Part shown: positions 1 to 10,834 of the stretch, piece after piece
Position numbering within the stretch: position 1 is the stretch's first letter
How the letters are laid out: the number at the start of each line of letters is the position of its first letter
Origin: Candidatus Dojkabacteria bacterium
GTDB lineage: Bacteria; Patescibacteriota; Dojkabacteria; J137
NCBI GenBank assembly: GCA_030950485.1
Contig: JAUZRK010000013.1
Span: forward strand, 9,893-73,892
DNA length: 64,000 nucleotides
Direction of reading: 5' to 3'
Made by a program: the position numbers and the translations under genes
Notes under the pieces: model-generated
The model's database searches: none
What the model was told of the DNA's origin: nothing
The model's input: only the letters and a program-made list of their open reading frames with translations

Positions 1-398
1 GCATCCAAATTAGCAATTAGGCGCTCTATCAATAAATTCACTTGACTTGAAGACATATATACAGATAAATCAACCAATACCTCTTCTAAGGTTAATAATA
101 AAATGTCAGTTTCGGTTGATTCAATATGAATAGGGTTTAAATAAAATTCGTTATCATAATCAAGGATTGCCTCTTTATAAATTCTTGAGAGTAATACAGA
201 AAGTGAAGTTTTTAATTCATTATTCTCGTCTGCTGGTATTAAATAATCAGGATTTATTATTATCCTAATTTCGTTACTGTTTGAATCAAAGACAATTGGT
301 GGTCCAAATCTTTGTGAAAATGATTGGATATTTCTATATATATATATAGTTATCTGGGTTAAATCCACATATTTCTTCAGGTGGGTAAATAATACCAT
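1..398 (-). CDS. hypothetical protein, partial (runs off left edge); first ATG at 398
   Basis: Minus-strand frame open from 414 to position 1 without stops (>130 codons in AT-rich DNA); not in ORF track because no stop inside window; contains ...VYMSSSQVNLLIERLIANLDA. Confidence 0.4.
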   Translation of the reverse strand, partial: MVLFTHLKKYVDLTQITIYIYRNIQSFSQRFGPPIVFDSNSNEIRIIINPDYLIPADENNELKTSLSVLLSRIYKEAILDYDNEFYLNPIHIESTETDILLLTLEEVLVDLSVYMSSSQVNLLIERLIANLD

Positions 399-561
399 CA
401 ACAATATCTCCTCCTATTTGTTGTCCATTGCCATAGTCCGTGCTGTTATTCTCTCCAGGGTATGGTGTAAATTCTGGGCTTTGAGCATTCACTGGATTAA
501 TACTTCCACTAAAAGCTACTGCCGCTGCTATTGTTACTAAGCCTTTAATAGTATCACTCAT
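334..561 (-). CDS. small secreted hypothetical protein (signal-peptide-like N-terminus)
   Basis: 75-aa ORF with hydrophobic N-terminal stretch LVTIAAAVAFSGS; overlaps 5' end of the edge ORF by ~60 nt so one of the two starts is uncertain. Confidence 0.3.
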   Translation of the reverse strand: MSDTIKGLVTIAAAVAFSGSINPVNAQSPEFTPYPGENNSTDYGNGQQIGGDIVDGIIYPPEEICGFNPDNYIYI

Positions 562-966
562 AAAGTAATTTCTTTCATAGTTAACGATTATACCATGTTA
601 GTAAGCTATGTCGTCAGCATGATAAAACTAACACTTCACGATATGGTGTTTGTTTAAAGATTTAAAACTCATCATCAAAATCACTATACCCGGTTTCTAA
701 TTTATAACCTAAAAACTCTGGATTAGCTGTATTACTAAATCTAACAGTAATTATTTCTGTCTCCTTAGAGCCGTTGTGACTTAGATTTGCTGATGAAGTT
801 ACAACTATCTCCTTTTCATCACAAAAGTTATCGCTGTTATCAAAATATTTATCTCTGTATTAGTTTGAAAAGCTGTACTACACTGTAAACTCTAAACATA
901 TTGTATTAATGATCTTCCTCGTTCGCTTATATTAAAATCTAGAAGCTCCATCTTATACTAAAATAA

Positions 967-1722
967 TTGAGTGATATTACCATAAAGTATTATTATTTTT
1001 TTATGTCTTACAACAAACTAAATAGAAAAATTGATGAGTTTCCAGATGTATTTCCAAAGAATACAAAAGTAGAAAAGTTAAGAGACTTTCCAGATAGTAA
1101 TTTAAATCTAATACTTTCCGCTTCATCATTTGTTTATAGAATCGGACCAATCTTAGAGGAAATGCTGGGAGAGAGTATTGAAAATAAGAAAGTTGTACTT
1201 ATACCAAACGCAGGCGTAGGAACTGAAAAAGTAGATATGGTTTATCAATATCTGTTTGAATTTACTACTATTCATAATATGTATCTAAAGATGCTTGATA
1301 TTGAGAGGTGGCCTAAAGAAATTATCTTAGAATCAATTAAGAATTGTGATGTACTAGCCTTTAGTGGAGGTTTGGTTTCAAGGCTAATCAGTTCTGTTGA
1401 AAAAACAGGAATTAGAGAAGAAATAGTTGAAATAATAAAATCTGGAAAACCAACAATGGGTTTTAGCTCAGGAGCTATGGTTATGAGTAATACAACTCAC
1501 TTCGCCCTTGACTATCTCGGTGAAACTGATCCAGAAGTAAAAGATAAAAAACCATTCGGATTAGTAGACTTTGAGATATATCCCCACTTCGAAGATCCAA
1601 TGCTTCCTTCTATTAAATCATTAGCAAAAAACATTAAAGAAGCTTACACAGTTAAAAATGACCAGGCATTAGTTATTCATAAAGGCAAATTAATTGCGAT
1701 TGGAGAAGTTCAAAGGCTTTAG
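967..1722 (+). CDS. peptidase S51 family (dipeptidase E / cyanophycinase-like)
   Basis: VVLIPNAG, CDVLAFSGG and GFSSGAMVM nucleophile-Ser motif typical of S51; true start may be internal Met near 1003. Confidence 0.55.
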   Translation: MSDITIKYYYFFMSYNKLNRKIDEFPDVFPKNTKVEKLRDFPDSNLNLILSASSFVYRIGPILEEMLGESIENKKVVLIPNAGVGTEKVDMVYQYLFEFTTIHNMYLKMLDIERWPKEIILESIKNCDVLAFSGGLVSRLISSVEKTGIREEIVEIIKSGKPTMGFSSGAMVMSNTTHFALDYLGETDPEVKDKKPFGLVDFEIYPHFEDPMLPSIKSLAKNIKEAYTVKNDQALVIHKGKLIAIGEVQRL

Positions 1723-1962
1723 TTCTAGAGTTAGCTTTTCATTTATAATCTCTATCTTATAATACTGACTGGCATCATCATTTTCTAAGCTTTATCAAAA
1801 TATTCTACAATAGCTTTACCTATATCAGCTCATAAAATTGAAAGTCCCATAAATAAATCTATATCATCAAAAAAAAGACTTAATTTACTCGCAAGATCAA
1901 TAGAAATACCTTGAGAAATGTTATGTCGCTTAGATATAATGACTATATTATAATTATGTATT

Positions 1963-2685
1963 ATGAGTATAGATAATGATAGATCAAAAAGAGATAGTGA
2001 AAATACTACCGAAACGACAGAGATGACTGCCGGAGAGAGATACGCTATGCAAAGTGGGCAAGCAGCTGCTAGGTATGTGCTTGATAGAATAGGTATTTCT
2101 GTTGCTCCCTATAATCCAAATGATACAAATCCAGAGTATAGGATGGGTCTACAATATTCTCATTTATACTCAACTAGCGACGATCTAAACAAAAATCTCA
2201 TCTCACAAATTAAAGATATTGTACTTCAAATTGAATTGGAAAGTGATGATGAATCTGATGAGCAGCTGTATTTAGTAAGAAATAAATTATCTACTACTTG
2301 TAACTTAATAGGGTTAGATATCGAAGATATTTATATAAACACAGGAAGAAAAATTAATAGAGCTGATTTAGCAGAGACTTATAGATTTACATATTACAAT
2401 ATTGCTGTTGGATTAAGAGCAGTTGATATAATTACAGGAAAAGAGTTTGAAGATTTTAGAACTTCAAGACTTGGATCTATTGCTAATAGAGGATGGCATG
2501 CCGTTGCTGAGAAATATGGAACACTTGACTCTGGAAATGATGATTTGATGGAGGAGTTACATTCAGTTTTTCTTGACCACAATCATTTAAACATATATTG
2601 GCCGCTTCGAGACGAAGCTTGGGAAATATTAATATCTCATCTTAATGAATATTTGTACAAACTGAAACTAATGTCCAAGCATTAA
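1963..2685 (+). CDS. hypothetical protein
   Basis: 240-aa ORF, locally GC-richer than surroundings, no recognisable motif. Confidence 0.45.
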   Translation: MSIDNDRSKRDSENTTETTEMTAGERYAMQSGQAAARYVLDRIGISVAPYNPNDTNPEYRMGLQYSHLYSTSDDLNKNLISQIKDIVLQIELESDDESDEQLYLVRNKLSTTCNLIGLDIEDIYINTGRKINRADLAETYRFTYYNIAVGLRAVDIITGKEFEDFRTSRLGSIANRGWHAVAEKYGTLDSGNDDLMEELHSVFLDHNHLNIYWPLRDEAWEILISHLNEYLYKLKLMSKH

Positions 2686-2822
2686 GGAAATTCTGTAAAG
2701 AAAACGATATTTATACGCCTGGACTTGAAAGTATAATATACACAAATCGAAGTAGTTATACGCCAGTTTCACTCGCTAAAAACCTTCTTCTAGGTGAGGA
2801 CATTGAACTTATTAGTTCTCTT

Positions 2823-3347
2823 ATGTTTACTTTAATAGATAATAAAATGCCTGAAAAAAATAAATATTTCGCCATTACCAAGATTCTTTCTATAAGTAAT
2901 GATGAAGATAAGGGTCCTAGACTAGATGAAATAAGAACAGTTATGTCTAATTTAGGAGCTTTAGCTATTTGGTCAAATCCAGATATAGAGAGTGAAATTA
3001 TTAATGGACTCTTTCTTGGTTCAAGTGATAGGTTGAAACTAGCTACAGGACAATTAAATGAAATACAACTAGAGGAATTAGTAGAAATACAAAATAGGCT
3101 TGAGTTAGAATTGCAGGAAGCTTTCCAAAAAGCAGATGATGAGAATAGATTAACTCAAGAAGAAAGCTTAGTTATTAGTAGTGAGGTGCATAAAGATAAC
3201 TTGTCTAGAGTAATAGAATTATTAAAACAAGTAGATCCTGAACTAGATATCAGCTATATAAATGCTACAACAAGAGGATCTATAATAAAAGCAATAGATA
3301 TAGAGGCTAAAAGGTTAAAAGCTTTACAAACTAAAACGATAGATTAA
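2823..3347 (+). CDS. hypothetical coiled-coil protein
   Basis: 174-aa ORF, E/L-rich heptad-like segments. Confidence 0.4.
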   Translation: MFTLIDNKMPEKNKYFAITKILSISNDEDKGPRLDEIRTVMSNLGALAIWSNPDIESEIINGLFLGSSDRLKLATGQLNEIQLEELVEIQNRLELELQEAFQKADDENRLTQEESLVISSEVHKDNLSRVIELLKQVDPELDISYINATTRGSIIKAIDIEAKRLKALQTKTID

Positions 3348-3480
3348 ATTCAATCTCAAACTAATTAGTAATTTAAGTGAACTTAATTTACTTCATTCAG
3401 AAAAGGTTAAAAATTTAGAATCCGAAAATCAATCCTTTATTTAGTAGACTATATTAATCAATAGAATATCTTTTTTGTTT

Positions 3481-4242
3481 TTATTTAGCGAAATCTATCA
3501 TACTTTTAATATCGATAAGTACTATAGGATATTCACCTTCTTCACTAAATAATTTTGGCCTTCTAATGTATCCATTAGTAAATCCTGAAGTAGTTAAAAA
3601 TTTAATCATTTCTTCAGTAGTAGACAAACCTATGACTAAAGGAAACCCTCCAGCTTTCTTTGCAGCAGGAATACTGTCTAGTATGGGTTCAAACTCTATT
3701 AATTCCCTTAATATACCTTTAAATACTTCCATTCGTTCTCTTCTATTTTCTCTTAGTGCAACTGGTAAATGAAGCTGATAAACAAAACCCTCGCTATATG
3801 ATTGAGGGATAATAGTTTCATAATTTTCATATACTAAATTTAATGGGAAAACGTCTAAATTTATATATTCGCCCATGACTCTGAGTAAATTTCCTTCAGA
3901 AATAGCCTTTTTAACTTCTTCCTGTGGCATAGAGGTTGGTACTTCTTTTAAGCTCATGGAAAGGGCTAAAGCACTTGATATATCAATACCAAGTCGACTT
4001 TCAATTAAGTTTAGTTTTTCAATTTGATTTAATTTTTCGTCTTCTACAATTGTAATAAGGTCTTCTCTAACGTTAGGATCACTCCCTATATCTGGGAAAG
4101 GTATTCCTACAGACAACCTCTTAAGGCTGTTAAAATAAAATGAAAATTCTTCAAGCACACTTAGTAAAACGTGAGTATCTTCATCTACTTTAATTTCTTC
4201 GATATTTCCGCTTTCTAACTCTTCTATATGATTTAAACCCAT
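3481..4242 (-). CDS. hypothetical protein
   Basis: 253-aa ORF, no recognisable motif. Confidence 0.45.
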   Translation of the reverse strand: MGLNHIEELESGNIEEIKVDEDTHVLLSVLEEFSFYFNSLKRLSVGIPFPDIGSDPNVREDLITIVEDEKLNQIEKLNLIESRLGIDISSALALSMSLKEVPTSMPQEEVKKAISEGNLLRVMGEYINLDVFPLNLVYENYETIIPQSYSEGFVYQLHLPVALRENRRERMEVFKGILRELIEFEPILDSIPAAKKAGGFPLVIGLSTTEEMIKFLTTSGFTNGYIRRPKLFSEEGEYPIVLIDIKSMIDFAK

Positions 4243-4362
4243 TATAAAAAAAATAACTATTAAACGAGGGTGAGTTTATCACTGAGGAGAGCTAGATTCA
4301 AACTAGCTAGCAATACACTCTTGTTTATTTTTGACAATATTATGATATAATAAAATACAGAT

Positions 4363-4953
4363 ATGGTACAGGAGAATACAGAAACTAAAGACAATATGGA
4401 TGGATTTTTTGATATTCTAGGACAAGACACAGACCCTAATATTTTACCAGGAGATCCTAATAATATTACAGTTGAAGTTGGGGACTCAGGGAGACATATA
4501 ATTGGATTTACCTTAACAGGTTTTCCCGATATAAAAATATATAGAGAAATGAATGATGGAGAGAGGGATGAAGAGTTTTTCGAAAGGATAAAGCAAGAAA
4601 TTAATGAAAGAGCATTACTTCTGAGTGCCTTAATGATACCTCTTATAGCAATTTTAGCCACTGCAGCACCATTATTTTATTCTGCAGCTAACAATATTGA
4701 CCTTCCATCTTTTGAAATAGGTGGAATGGCAGTACTAGCTACAATCTGCTATAGATTATACGAGCATCTAGTAGATTTAAAGTCCAGATATAGACAAATT
4801 GATTTTGTAGCAAAAACTTTACAAACTTCTAATACTATATCCTTTGATGCTGATGTAGCAAAACAACGACTACAAGACGTTGGCGATGTTAGCCACGAAG
4901 AAACACTAGGATATAAAAGTGTTTCTACATCAATAGCTAATACTGAACAATAA
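4363..4953 (+). CDS. hypothetical membrane protein
   Basis: 196-aa ORF with central hydrophobic helices (LLLSALMIPLIAILATAAPLFY). Confidence 0.4.
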   Translation: MVQENTETKDNMDGFFDILGQDTDPNILPGDPNNITVEVGDSGRHIIGFTLTGFPDIKIYREMNDGERDEEFFERIKQEINERALLLSALMIPLIAILATAAPLFYSAANNIDLPSFEIGGMAVLATICYRLYEHLVDLKSRYRQIDFVAKTLQTSNTISFDADVAKQRLQDVGDVSHEETLGYKSVSTSIANTEQ

Positions 4954-5011
4954 GTAGAAATCTCAAGATTTAACAAGGAGCATGTTTTAAAACATGCTCC
5001 TTAATTTATTA

Positions 5012-5617
5012 TTACTTAGCCTGTTCAAATCTTCTACCAACAACTTCCCAATTTATAATATTCCAGAAATTCTCAACATACTCAGCTCTTCTATTTTGAT
5101 AATGAAGATAATAAGCATGCTCCCAAACATCTAATCCTAAAATTGGAGTTCCTTTAGTTTCAGCAAAAGGCATTAGTGGATTATCCTGATTTGGAGTAGA
5201 GCAGATTTCCAACTCTCCACTTGAATTAGCAATTAACCATGCCCAACCAGATCCAAATCTAGTAGTAGCTGCTTTATTAAAAGCTTCTTTAAATGTCTCA
5301 AAACTTCCAAATTTTGAATTTATAGCATCAGCTAGATTTCCAGTTGGAGATCCTCCTTCATTTAGAAATAACTGAGAAAAGAATAGATTGTGATTATAAA
5401 ATCCTCCTCCATTATTTCTAACTGCTGTATTTGATTCATCTAAATTCATAAGTATTTCTTCAATACTCTTTCCATCCATATCAGTACCAGAAACAGCCTC
5501 ATTTAGCTTTGAAGTATATCCTTCGTGATGTTTTCCATAGTGAACCTCCATAGTAGCCTGGTCTATAAACGGCTCTAGTGCTGCGAATGAGTAGGGTAGT
5601 ACAACTTTTGTAAACAT
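5012..5617 (-). CDS. sodA: Fe/Mn superoxide dismutase
   Basis: [24 protein letters not shown] signature of Fe/Mn SOD family. Confidence 0.9.
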   Translation of the reverse strand: MFTKVVLPYSFAALEPFIDQATMEVHYGKHHEGYTSKLNEAVSGTDMDGKSIEEILMNLDESNTAVRNNGGGFYNHNLFFSQLFLNEGGSPTGNLADAINSKFGSFETFKEAFNKAATTRFGSGWAWLIANSSGELEICSTPNQDNPLMPFAETKGTPILGLDVWEHAYYLHYQNRRAEYVENFWNIINWEVVGRRFEQAK

Positions 5618-5850
5618 AGTTTTAATTTAAAAAATTAGATTTTTATTTCCCCCTCTTGAGAGGGGCTAGGGGAGTGATTCCAAAATTTGAGAGTTCACCA
5701 CCTTAATCCCCTTCAAGGATGAGAAAATATTTATTGTTAATGCCGCCAGTTCAATAAATTAGATCTTAGATACTTTCTCGCCTCTCGATACAATTTACTC
5801 GCTTTCGCTCTTAAATCACTCGAGACTACACATTTAACCTTATAACCTAA

Positions 5851-6396
5851 TCATAACTCACCACTCTCATAAAACGTTTTCAAATCTTTTAGTAATTTTC
5901 CAATCTTTAATTCTATTTCTGAATCATTTAAATCGCCATTTTCATCGAAAATTTTATCTGCATGAGAGACAGGCAATCTTAGCTGCGAGTGTGTCTTCAT
6001 CTTTATTATTGCACATAATTCTAATAATTGATTTTGAGCCCTTACAGTTCCAAAACCGCCATCTGTAGCTCCGGTAATTGCAACAGGTTTATTCCTAACT
6101 GAATGATTCGAATAACCTCGACTTAGCCATTCAATTGCATTTTTTAAAATGCCTGGAATCATATTGTTATATTCTGGAGTAACGAAAATAATTGCATCAG
6201 CACTATCTACTTTTTCAATATATTCATTAACTATACTTGGCAAATCAGACTCGATATCTTGATTAAAAAATGGAATATTATCTATTTCAAATACTACTAT
6301 TTCTATTCCATCAGTTACATTCCTAGCTATTTCTTTGGCAAGCATTTTATTAAATGATTTCTTTCTATTACTGCCAGGGATTACTAGTACTTTCAT
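5851..6396 (-). CDS. NADPH-dependent FMN reductase family flavoprotein
   Basis: MKVLVIPGSNR...IFVTPEYNNMIPGILKNAIEW, flavodoxin-like fold reductase motifs. Confidence 0.75.
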   Translation of the reverse strand: MKVLVIPGSNRKKSFNKMLAKEIARNVTDGIEIVVFEIDNIPFFNQDIESDLPSIVNEYIEKVDSADAIIFVTPEYNNMIPGILKNAIEWLSRGYSNHSVRNKPVAITGATDGGFGTVRAQNQLLELCAIIKMKTHSQLRLPVSHADKIFDENGDLNDSEIELKIGKLLKDLKTFYESGEL

Positions 6397-6459
6397 ATTT
6401 TTATTCTAAAATATATAGACTCTATTATTACATATATAGTATGTTTTAGAAAATCTTTC

Positions 6460-6972
6460 CTATAAAAACTTACTAGTAAAGCTTATACAGTAGTTTAAAT
6501 AGCTTTTAATTCTTTCTAAATTGGGTTCATTATAATCTACTATCTCAATCCTTGGCATGCTTATTGAAATATGTTTTCTATACGGAATTATTCCATCTAC
6601 ATTTACTTTGACTTCTCTTACCCCAAAATCTTTAGATTCATGAGAAGAAATGTATCCAAATACTTTATTAGCGTAGAGGTTAACATCAACTAAATCTAAA
6701 AAGTTTTTTATAGCTGATGTAAGGCTATGGTGATAAATTGGAACTACAAATATAACAAGATCTGCCTCATCAAGTGCTATTAAATCTGATTTCTGATCTC
6801 CATTTGTATTAGAAACATCAAGGTAATCTCCTCTAAATAGAGTAGTGAAATTTTCTAATGTTATTAAATTTGTTATTAATTTTTGATCTTTAGCTATTTT
6901 TGCTAAAGAGGTGGAGATGATTAAAGTTCTATTTTGAATTCTATTAGAACCATTTATTATTGTTAATTTCAT
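6460..6972 (-). CDS. NAD(P)H-dependent FMN reductase-like flavoprotein (paralog)
   Basis: MKLTIINGSNR...LVIFVVPIYHHSLTSAIKNFLD, tandem to previous gene. Confidence 0.55.
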   Translation of the reverse strand: MKLTIINGSNRIQNRTLIISTSLAKIAKDQKLITNLITLENFTTLFRGDYLDVSNTNGDQKSDLIALDEADLVIFVVPIYHHSLTSAIKNFLDLVDVNLYANKVFGYISSHESKDFGVREVKVNVDGIIPYRKHISISMPRIEIVDYNEPNLERIKSYLNYCISFTSKFL

Positions 6973-7102
6973 TTCGATTCTTAAATATAAAATTATATAA
7001 ATCTCTTCTTGTTGTTATTCAAAAGATTGAGTAATATAGTGCTGTTTGATAATAATTTTTTTACTATTTAATTTCTAGCTAGGGTGATACTAGGTAATTT
7101 AT

Positions 7103-8053
7103 ATGGGAGACATTAAAGATACAGTTGAAACTCCAGCATTAATACTTGAGGATTTATCGGGCGATACTAAAGATACTGATGAGATGATAAATGCTTCAAC
7201 AATTGAAGATGCTCTAAATTTAGTAGGGGAGATCTGCTTATCAATTGATATTCTAAAGAATAACTTAAATATGAGTTCTTCAGAAATTGGAGTTAATTTA
7301 GAAGTACTAAAAAATCAGGCAGCAAAAAGTATAAAAGTTATGGATGTTGGGATAAAAAAGCAGATTACAGCAGTCGGAGTAAGAGAGAGAATTAGATCTC
7401 AGCTTAACGGAGATCAAGTTGTATTAGCAAATAATCGAGAGGATAGGGCTAAGCTAGCACTTGAAGAGCCAATTATGCATGCCTTATATAATTTCACATC
7501 TATTTTCAATACTAATATGTACATACTTTCTAAAAGATGGGATCTGTCTAGTCCAGATAAAAGGTCTATATTAATAGCTCAGATAGATTCTTCTTTAATT
7601 GCTCTCAATGATTTCATAAGTATTCTACATATAGATTATATTTCAGAAGAACAAACCAATTTCAGCAATTCTCTAACTAGAATTGCTGAATCATTTAATA
7701 CAAATCAGTCAGATTCTACAGATAATATTAATGTCAACTTTAATTTAGAAATGCTAAATTCCGTTAAATTTATGGATACAGATATATATTTTATCTTGTA
7801 TGTTATTGAAATGATTACTAATGCGAGGAAAGTAGGAGCTACAAAAGTAGACTTTCAAATATTAGATATTAAAGATACGAATTTAGTATTAACAGCAGAT
7901 GATAATGGACCTGGATTTCCTGAAGATTGGTTAACTGGAGATGAAGAAGAAATACTATCAAATGCCAAAGAGAATCATGGAAAAAGTGTAAAAGAAGGAT
8001 TTCATACTTCAGGCAGAGGGTTATCTTTATTTGGAAATGTTAAAAAAATATAG
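7103..8053 (+). CDS. GHKL (HATPase_c-like) ATPase domain protein, soluble, no obvious His-kinase H-box
   Basis: C-terminal N-box EMITNARKVGA, G1 DDNGPGFPED, G2 GRGLSL. Confidence 0.5.
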   Translation: MGDIKDTVETPALILEDLSGDTKDTDEMINASTIEDALNLVGEICLSIDILKNNLNMSSSEIGVNLEVLKNQAAKSIKVMDVGIKKQITAVGVRERIRSQLNGDQVVLANNREDRAKLALEEPIMHALYNFTSIFNTNMYILSKRWDLSSPDKRSILIAQIDSSLIALNDFISILHIDYISEEQTNFSNSLTRIAESFNTNQSDSTDNINVNFNLEMLNSVKFMDTDIYFILYVIEMITNARKVGATKVDFQILDIKDTNLVLTADDNGPGFPEDWLTGDEEEILSNAKENHGKSVKEGFHTSGRGLSLFGNVKKI

Positions 8054-8129
8054 GGAATAACCCTAATGGAAACGGAGCTTTTATAGTTGGAACATTTAAT
8101 TTAGAGGAATAGCATTTACAATTTGCATC

Positions 8130-8796
8130 TTAAACAAAATTCTTTGATACGACTTTTTCTTCAAAATATATTTCTCTAAAATCTTCATTTTTCATTCTTT
8201 CTAAAATTTCTATTTGAAAATTTCCCGACGCATCATTGCTTTTTGTTTTCTCTATTGCCTCTCTAAAACTTAACCATATTAAGTCATCTCCATTATCAGT
8301 TTTCTTAAATACATCCCCTCCAGAGTAATACCCATATAAAATACATATTTTCATCTAAAAATTCTCCTTTTGTATTTGCTATAAACTGCCTTAATACTCC
8401 AATAGTTTTCATTTCAACTTCTATCCCTGCTTTTTCTTTAATTCTATCGCTTGCCCTCTCGTTTGAATTAGTTCCGTATAGTAGTTTTGAAGAGATTGGT
8501 GTAAAGTTATTTTTCCAGGGTTTTCTATTCCATTTTTGAAATAATACTCTATTATTTTCTTTATCTATAACGTAGAGTTGAAACCTACATACAAATTTAG
8601 GGAATATTATACCTGTATTGGTAATATTAGATGTAATTGAATTTCCGTCCCTAGTTAAAGAATATTTCCCATTAATATTTTCAATATAACCTGACTTAAC
8701 AAGGTGTTGGAGGTGATAATTAAATAAAGTATTATCCATCTTAAATTCTTTCAAATCTGAATATTTGAGATCATTAGTCGTATAAAGCTTAGTCAA
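8130..8796 (-). pseudogene. winged-helix + NUDIX hydrolase, interrupted by a frameshift near 8348-8351
   Basis: 8305..8796 carries HTH then Nudix-box-like GTNSNERASDRIKEKAGIEV; 8130..8354 carries the Nudix C-terminus (YYSGGDVF...DDLIWLSFREAIEK); removing one A of a GAAAAT run joins them. Confidence 0.45.
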
Positions 8797-8891
8797 GATT
8801 GCTTTTTTTATTGGATTTGAAAGTAATTGGTCTAGACTCGTTTGCTTATTTGATATTCAGCCATTATAATCCAATCGATTAAAATTACAAA

Positions 8892-9473
8892 ATGTCTAAA
8901 TTTGGTATCACACCGTTTAATTCAGGAAATGACTCTAGTTCAGATGATTCTGATGAAAAGATATCTCCTGAAAGAGCTCAAGAGATGGAAAGGTTGAGAG
9001 AGGATTTCACAAACAAGGTACTGTCTTTAACAGACAATTATAGTCTTAACTCTATTAACATTAATATTACTCCAGAGAATACTCAATTTTTAGTTACTGA
9101 AATCTCGAAAGGAGCAATTTCTGACAAAATTATTACTAAGAGCGAATATACCCAAGATGAGGTCTTTATACTTTGCTTTACTGCTTGTAGATATGCAATT
9201 CTACTAGATCCAGAAGATACTAAGAGTATGACAGCTAGGTTAAACCAGTTTTTCGGATTAGATCCAAATAATAACCAAATCGGCTCACTTATGACTACTG
9301 CCAGTATTGCCATAAATAAAATCGCAGAAAGGCCTATATATATTGAAATTACAGGTCCAAGTGATAGACGAAATAGATTAGTAGCAGTTGCGAATAGGCT
9401 AAGAAGCAGAGGAATAATAGGTCCAAGCTATTGCTTTGAAGACTTAAACTCAGAAAAACATAGCAGTGCTTGA
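8892..9473 (+). CDS. hypothetical protein (TGA stop)
   Basis: 193-aa ORF. Confidence 0.45.
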   Translation: MSKFGITPFNSGNDSSSDDSDEKISPERAQEMERLREDFTNKVLSLTDNYSLNSININITPENTQFLVTEISKGAISDKIITKSEYTQDEVFILCFTACRYAILLDPEDTKSMTARLNQFFGLDPNNNQIGSLMTTASIAINKIAERPIYIEITGPSDRRNRLVAVANRLRSRGIIGPSYCFEDLNSEKHSSA

Positions 9474-9946
9474 GAGTACTTACCAGACGCAACCTTGAAT
9501 GAATTGATCCAGGCATTAGATCTAATATAACTCAATTTGGTTATGCTTACTTAAGTAGTGCACTAATTGAAAATAACCACGAAGAGAGTTTTGTAAATTA
9601 ACACATAGCAACTTTCTTTTTAAGGCAGCTATTAGTAATTCCAAATGGTAATCTTCTTACTAAGGCTTCATCAAAAAACATAATAACTTTTACTGAAGTT
9701 GCAGAGGAACAAGAGTATAGGCTCTTATACTTAGAGACAAGTGGACTGCTTTTGAATGTAAGTAGGCTATTACCTGTAGCATCTGAATCTAAAGAATTAA
9801 GAAGCCTCCTTAGATTGAATATGATGCGATCAAATGGAATACTAAGAAGAAATGCTTTTACACATGAGGGAGATCTATTGCTATTCGTTGGAGCTTTAAA
9901 TGCTCTATAGTATATAAATATTTTTAAATTTCACATATACTAAGGC

Positions 9947-10834
9947 GTGAATAGACAGCTAATTGTTCGAGACAAAAACTTCATGAATACTACGATTACT
10001 ATTAAAGTAATCAAAACACTTCAGTCCACAGTTCGAATCAACGAACTTATCGAAGAAGCCTTCTTGGAATTCGATAGAGTGGTAAAGAAATATACACGAT
10101 TTAATGAGGATAGTGAGCTTTCAAATTTAAATAGAAATTCAGGAAAATGGGTTACTGTTTCAAAAGAGTTTTTTTATCTAATAGAGTTCATGTTAGATAT
10201 TTCTAATAGAACAAACTGTGCATTTGATCCAACTGTTATAGACTTTTTAGAAATATATGGTTACGATAAAGACTACGATTTTTCAAAATTAGATAACCCA
10301 AGTCTAGATAATATAGTAAAGAGTAAATTAAAAAATCGCCCATCTCCTCTGTCTATACAACTTGACAGAAAAGCCTCATCTGTGAGGCTAATCCAAGGTC
10401 AGAAAATTGATCTAGGGGCTGTTGGTAAAGGATTTGCAATTGATCTAGCTTATGCTAGACTAGGCTCAGAAATAGATGATTTTTTAATTGATGCTGGAGG
10501 AGATATCCGAGTCAAAGGGAGAAATGAGCAAAGTAACCTTTGGAATATTGAATTAAAAAGTCAAGACACTAACAATAAAATTAAAAGTTTGGGGTTTATA
10601 GAACTTACTGATGAAGCGCTAGCTAGTTCAGGTTCTTGGGCTAGAAAATTCAAACAGTTTCATCATTTAATAAATCCTACTAACGGAATGCCGGCTATTA
10701 AAAAGTATAATACTGTTTTTGTCAAAGCAAATACCGCAATAGAAGCTGATGCTTGGGCTACAGCATTGTTTATTGGAGATGAACAAGTTTTTGATTTGCC
10801 TAGCAATATTATGTTTATCAAAGATGGGAGATAA
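9947..10834 (+). CDS. apbE: FAD:protein FMN transferase (ApbE family)
   Basis: AFDPTVIDFL, IDLGAVGKGFAID, IDAGGDIRVKG, HHLINPTNGMPA, AIEADAWATALF. Confidence 0.8.
   Translation: MNRQLIVRDKNFMNTTITIKVIKTLQSTVRINELIEEAFLEFDRVVKKYTRFNEDSELSNLNRNSGKWVTVSKEFFYLIEFMLDISNRTNCAFDPTVIDFLEIYGYDKDYDFSKLDNPSLDNIVKSKLKNRPSPLSIQLDRKASSVRLIQGQKIDLGAVGKGFAIDLAYARLGSEIDDFLIDAGGDIRVKGRNEQSNLWNIELKSQDTNNKIKSLGFIELTDEALASSGSWARKFKQFHHLINPTNGMPAIKKYNTVFVKANTAIEADAWATALFIGDEQVFDLPSNIMFIKDGR

Noticed and set aside
5645-5690. Hairpin CCCCTC-TTGA-GAGGGG between sodA and the FMN reductase gene
   Set aside because: It is a real 6-bp stem but lacks a U-tract on either strand in a terminator-appropriate position. I left it unannotated.
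9602-9910. 103-codon plus-strand open frame in the 9474..9946 intergenic region
   Set aside because: It has no ATG until the last 30 codons and only a TTG giving about 50 aa. There is insufficient evidence for a gene.
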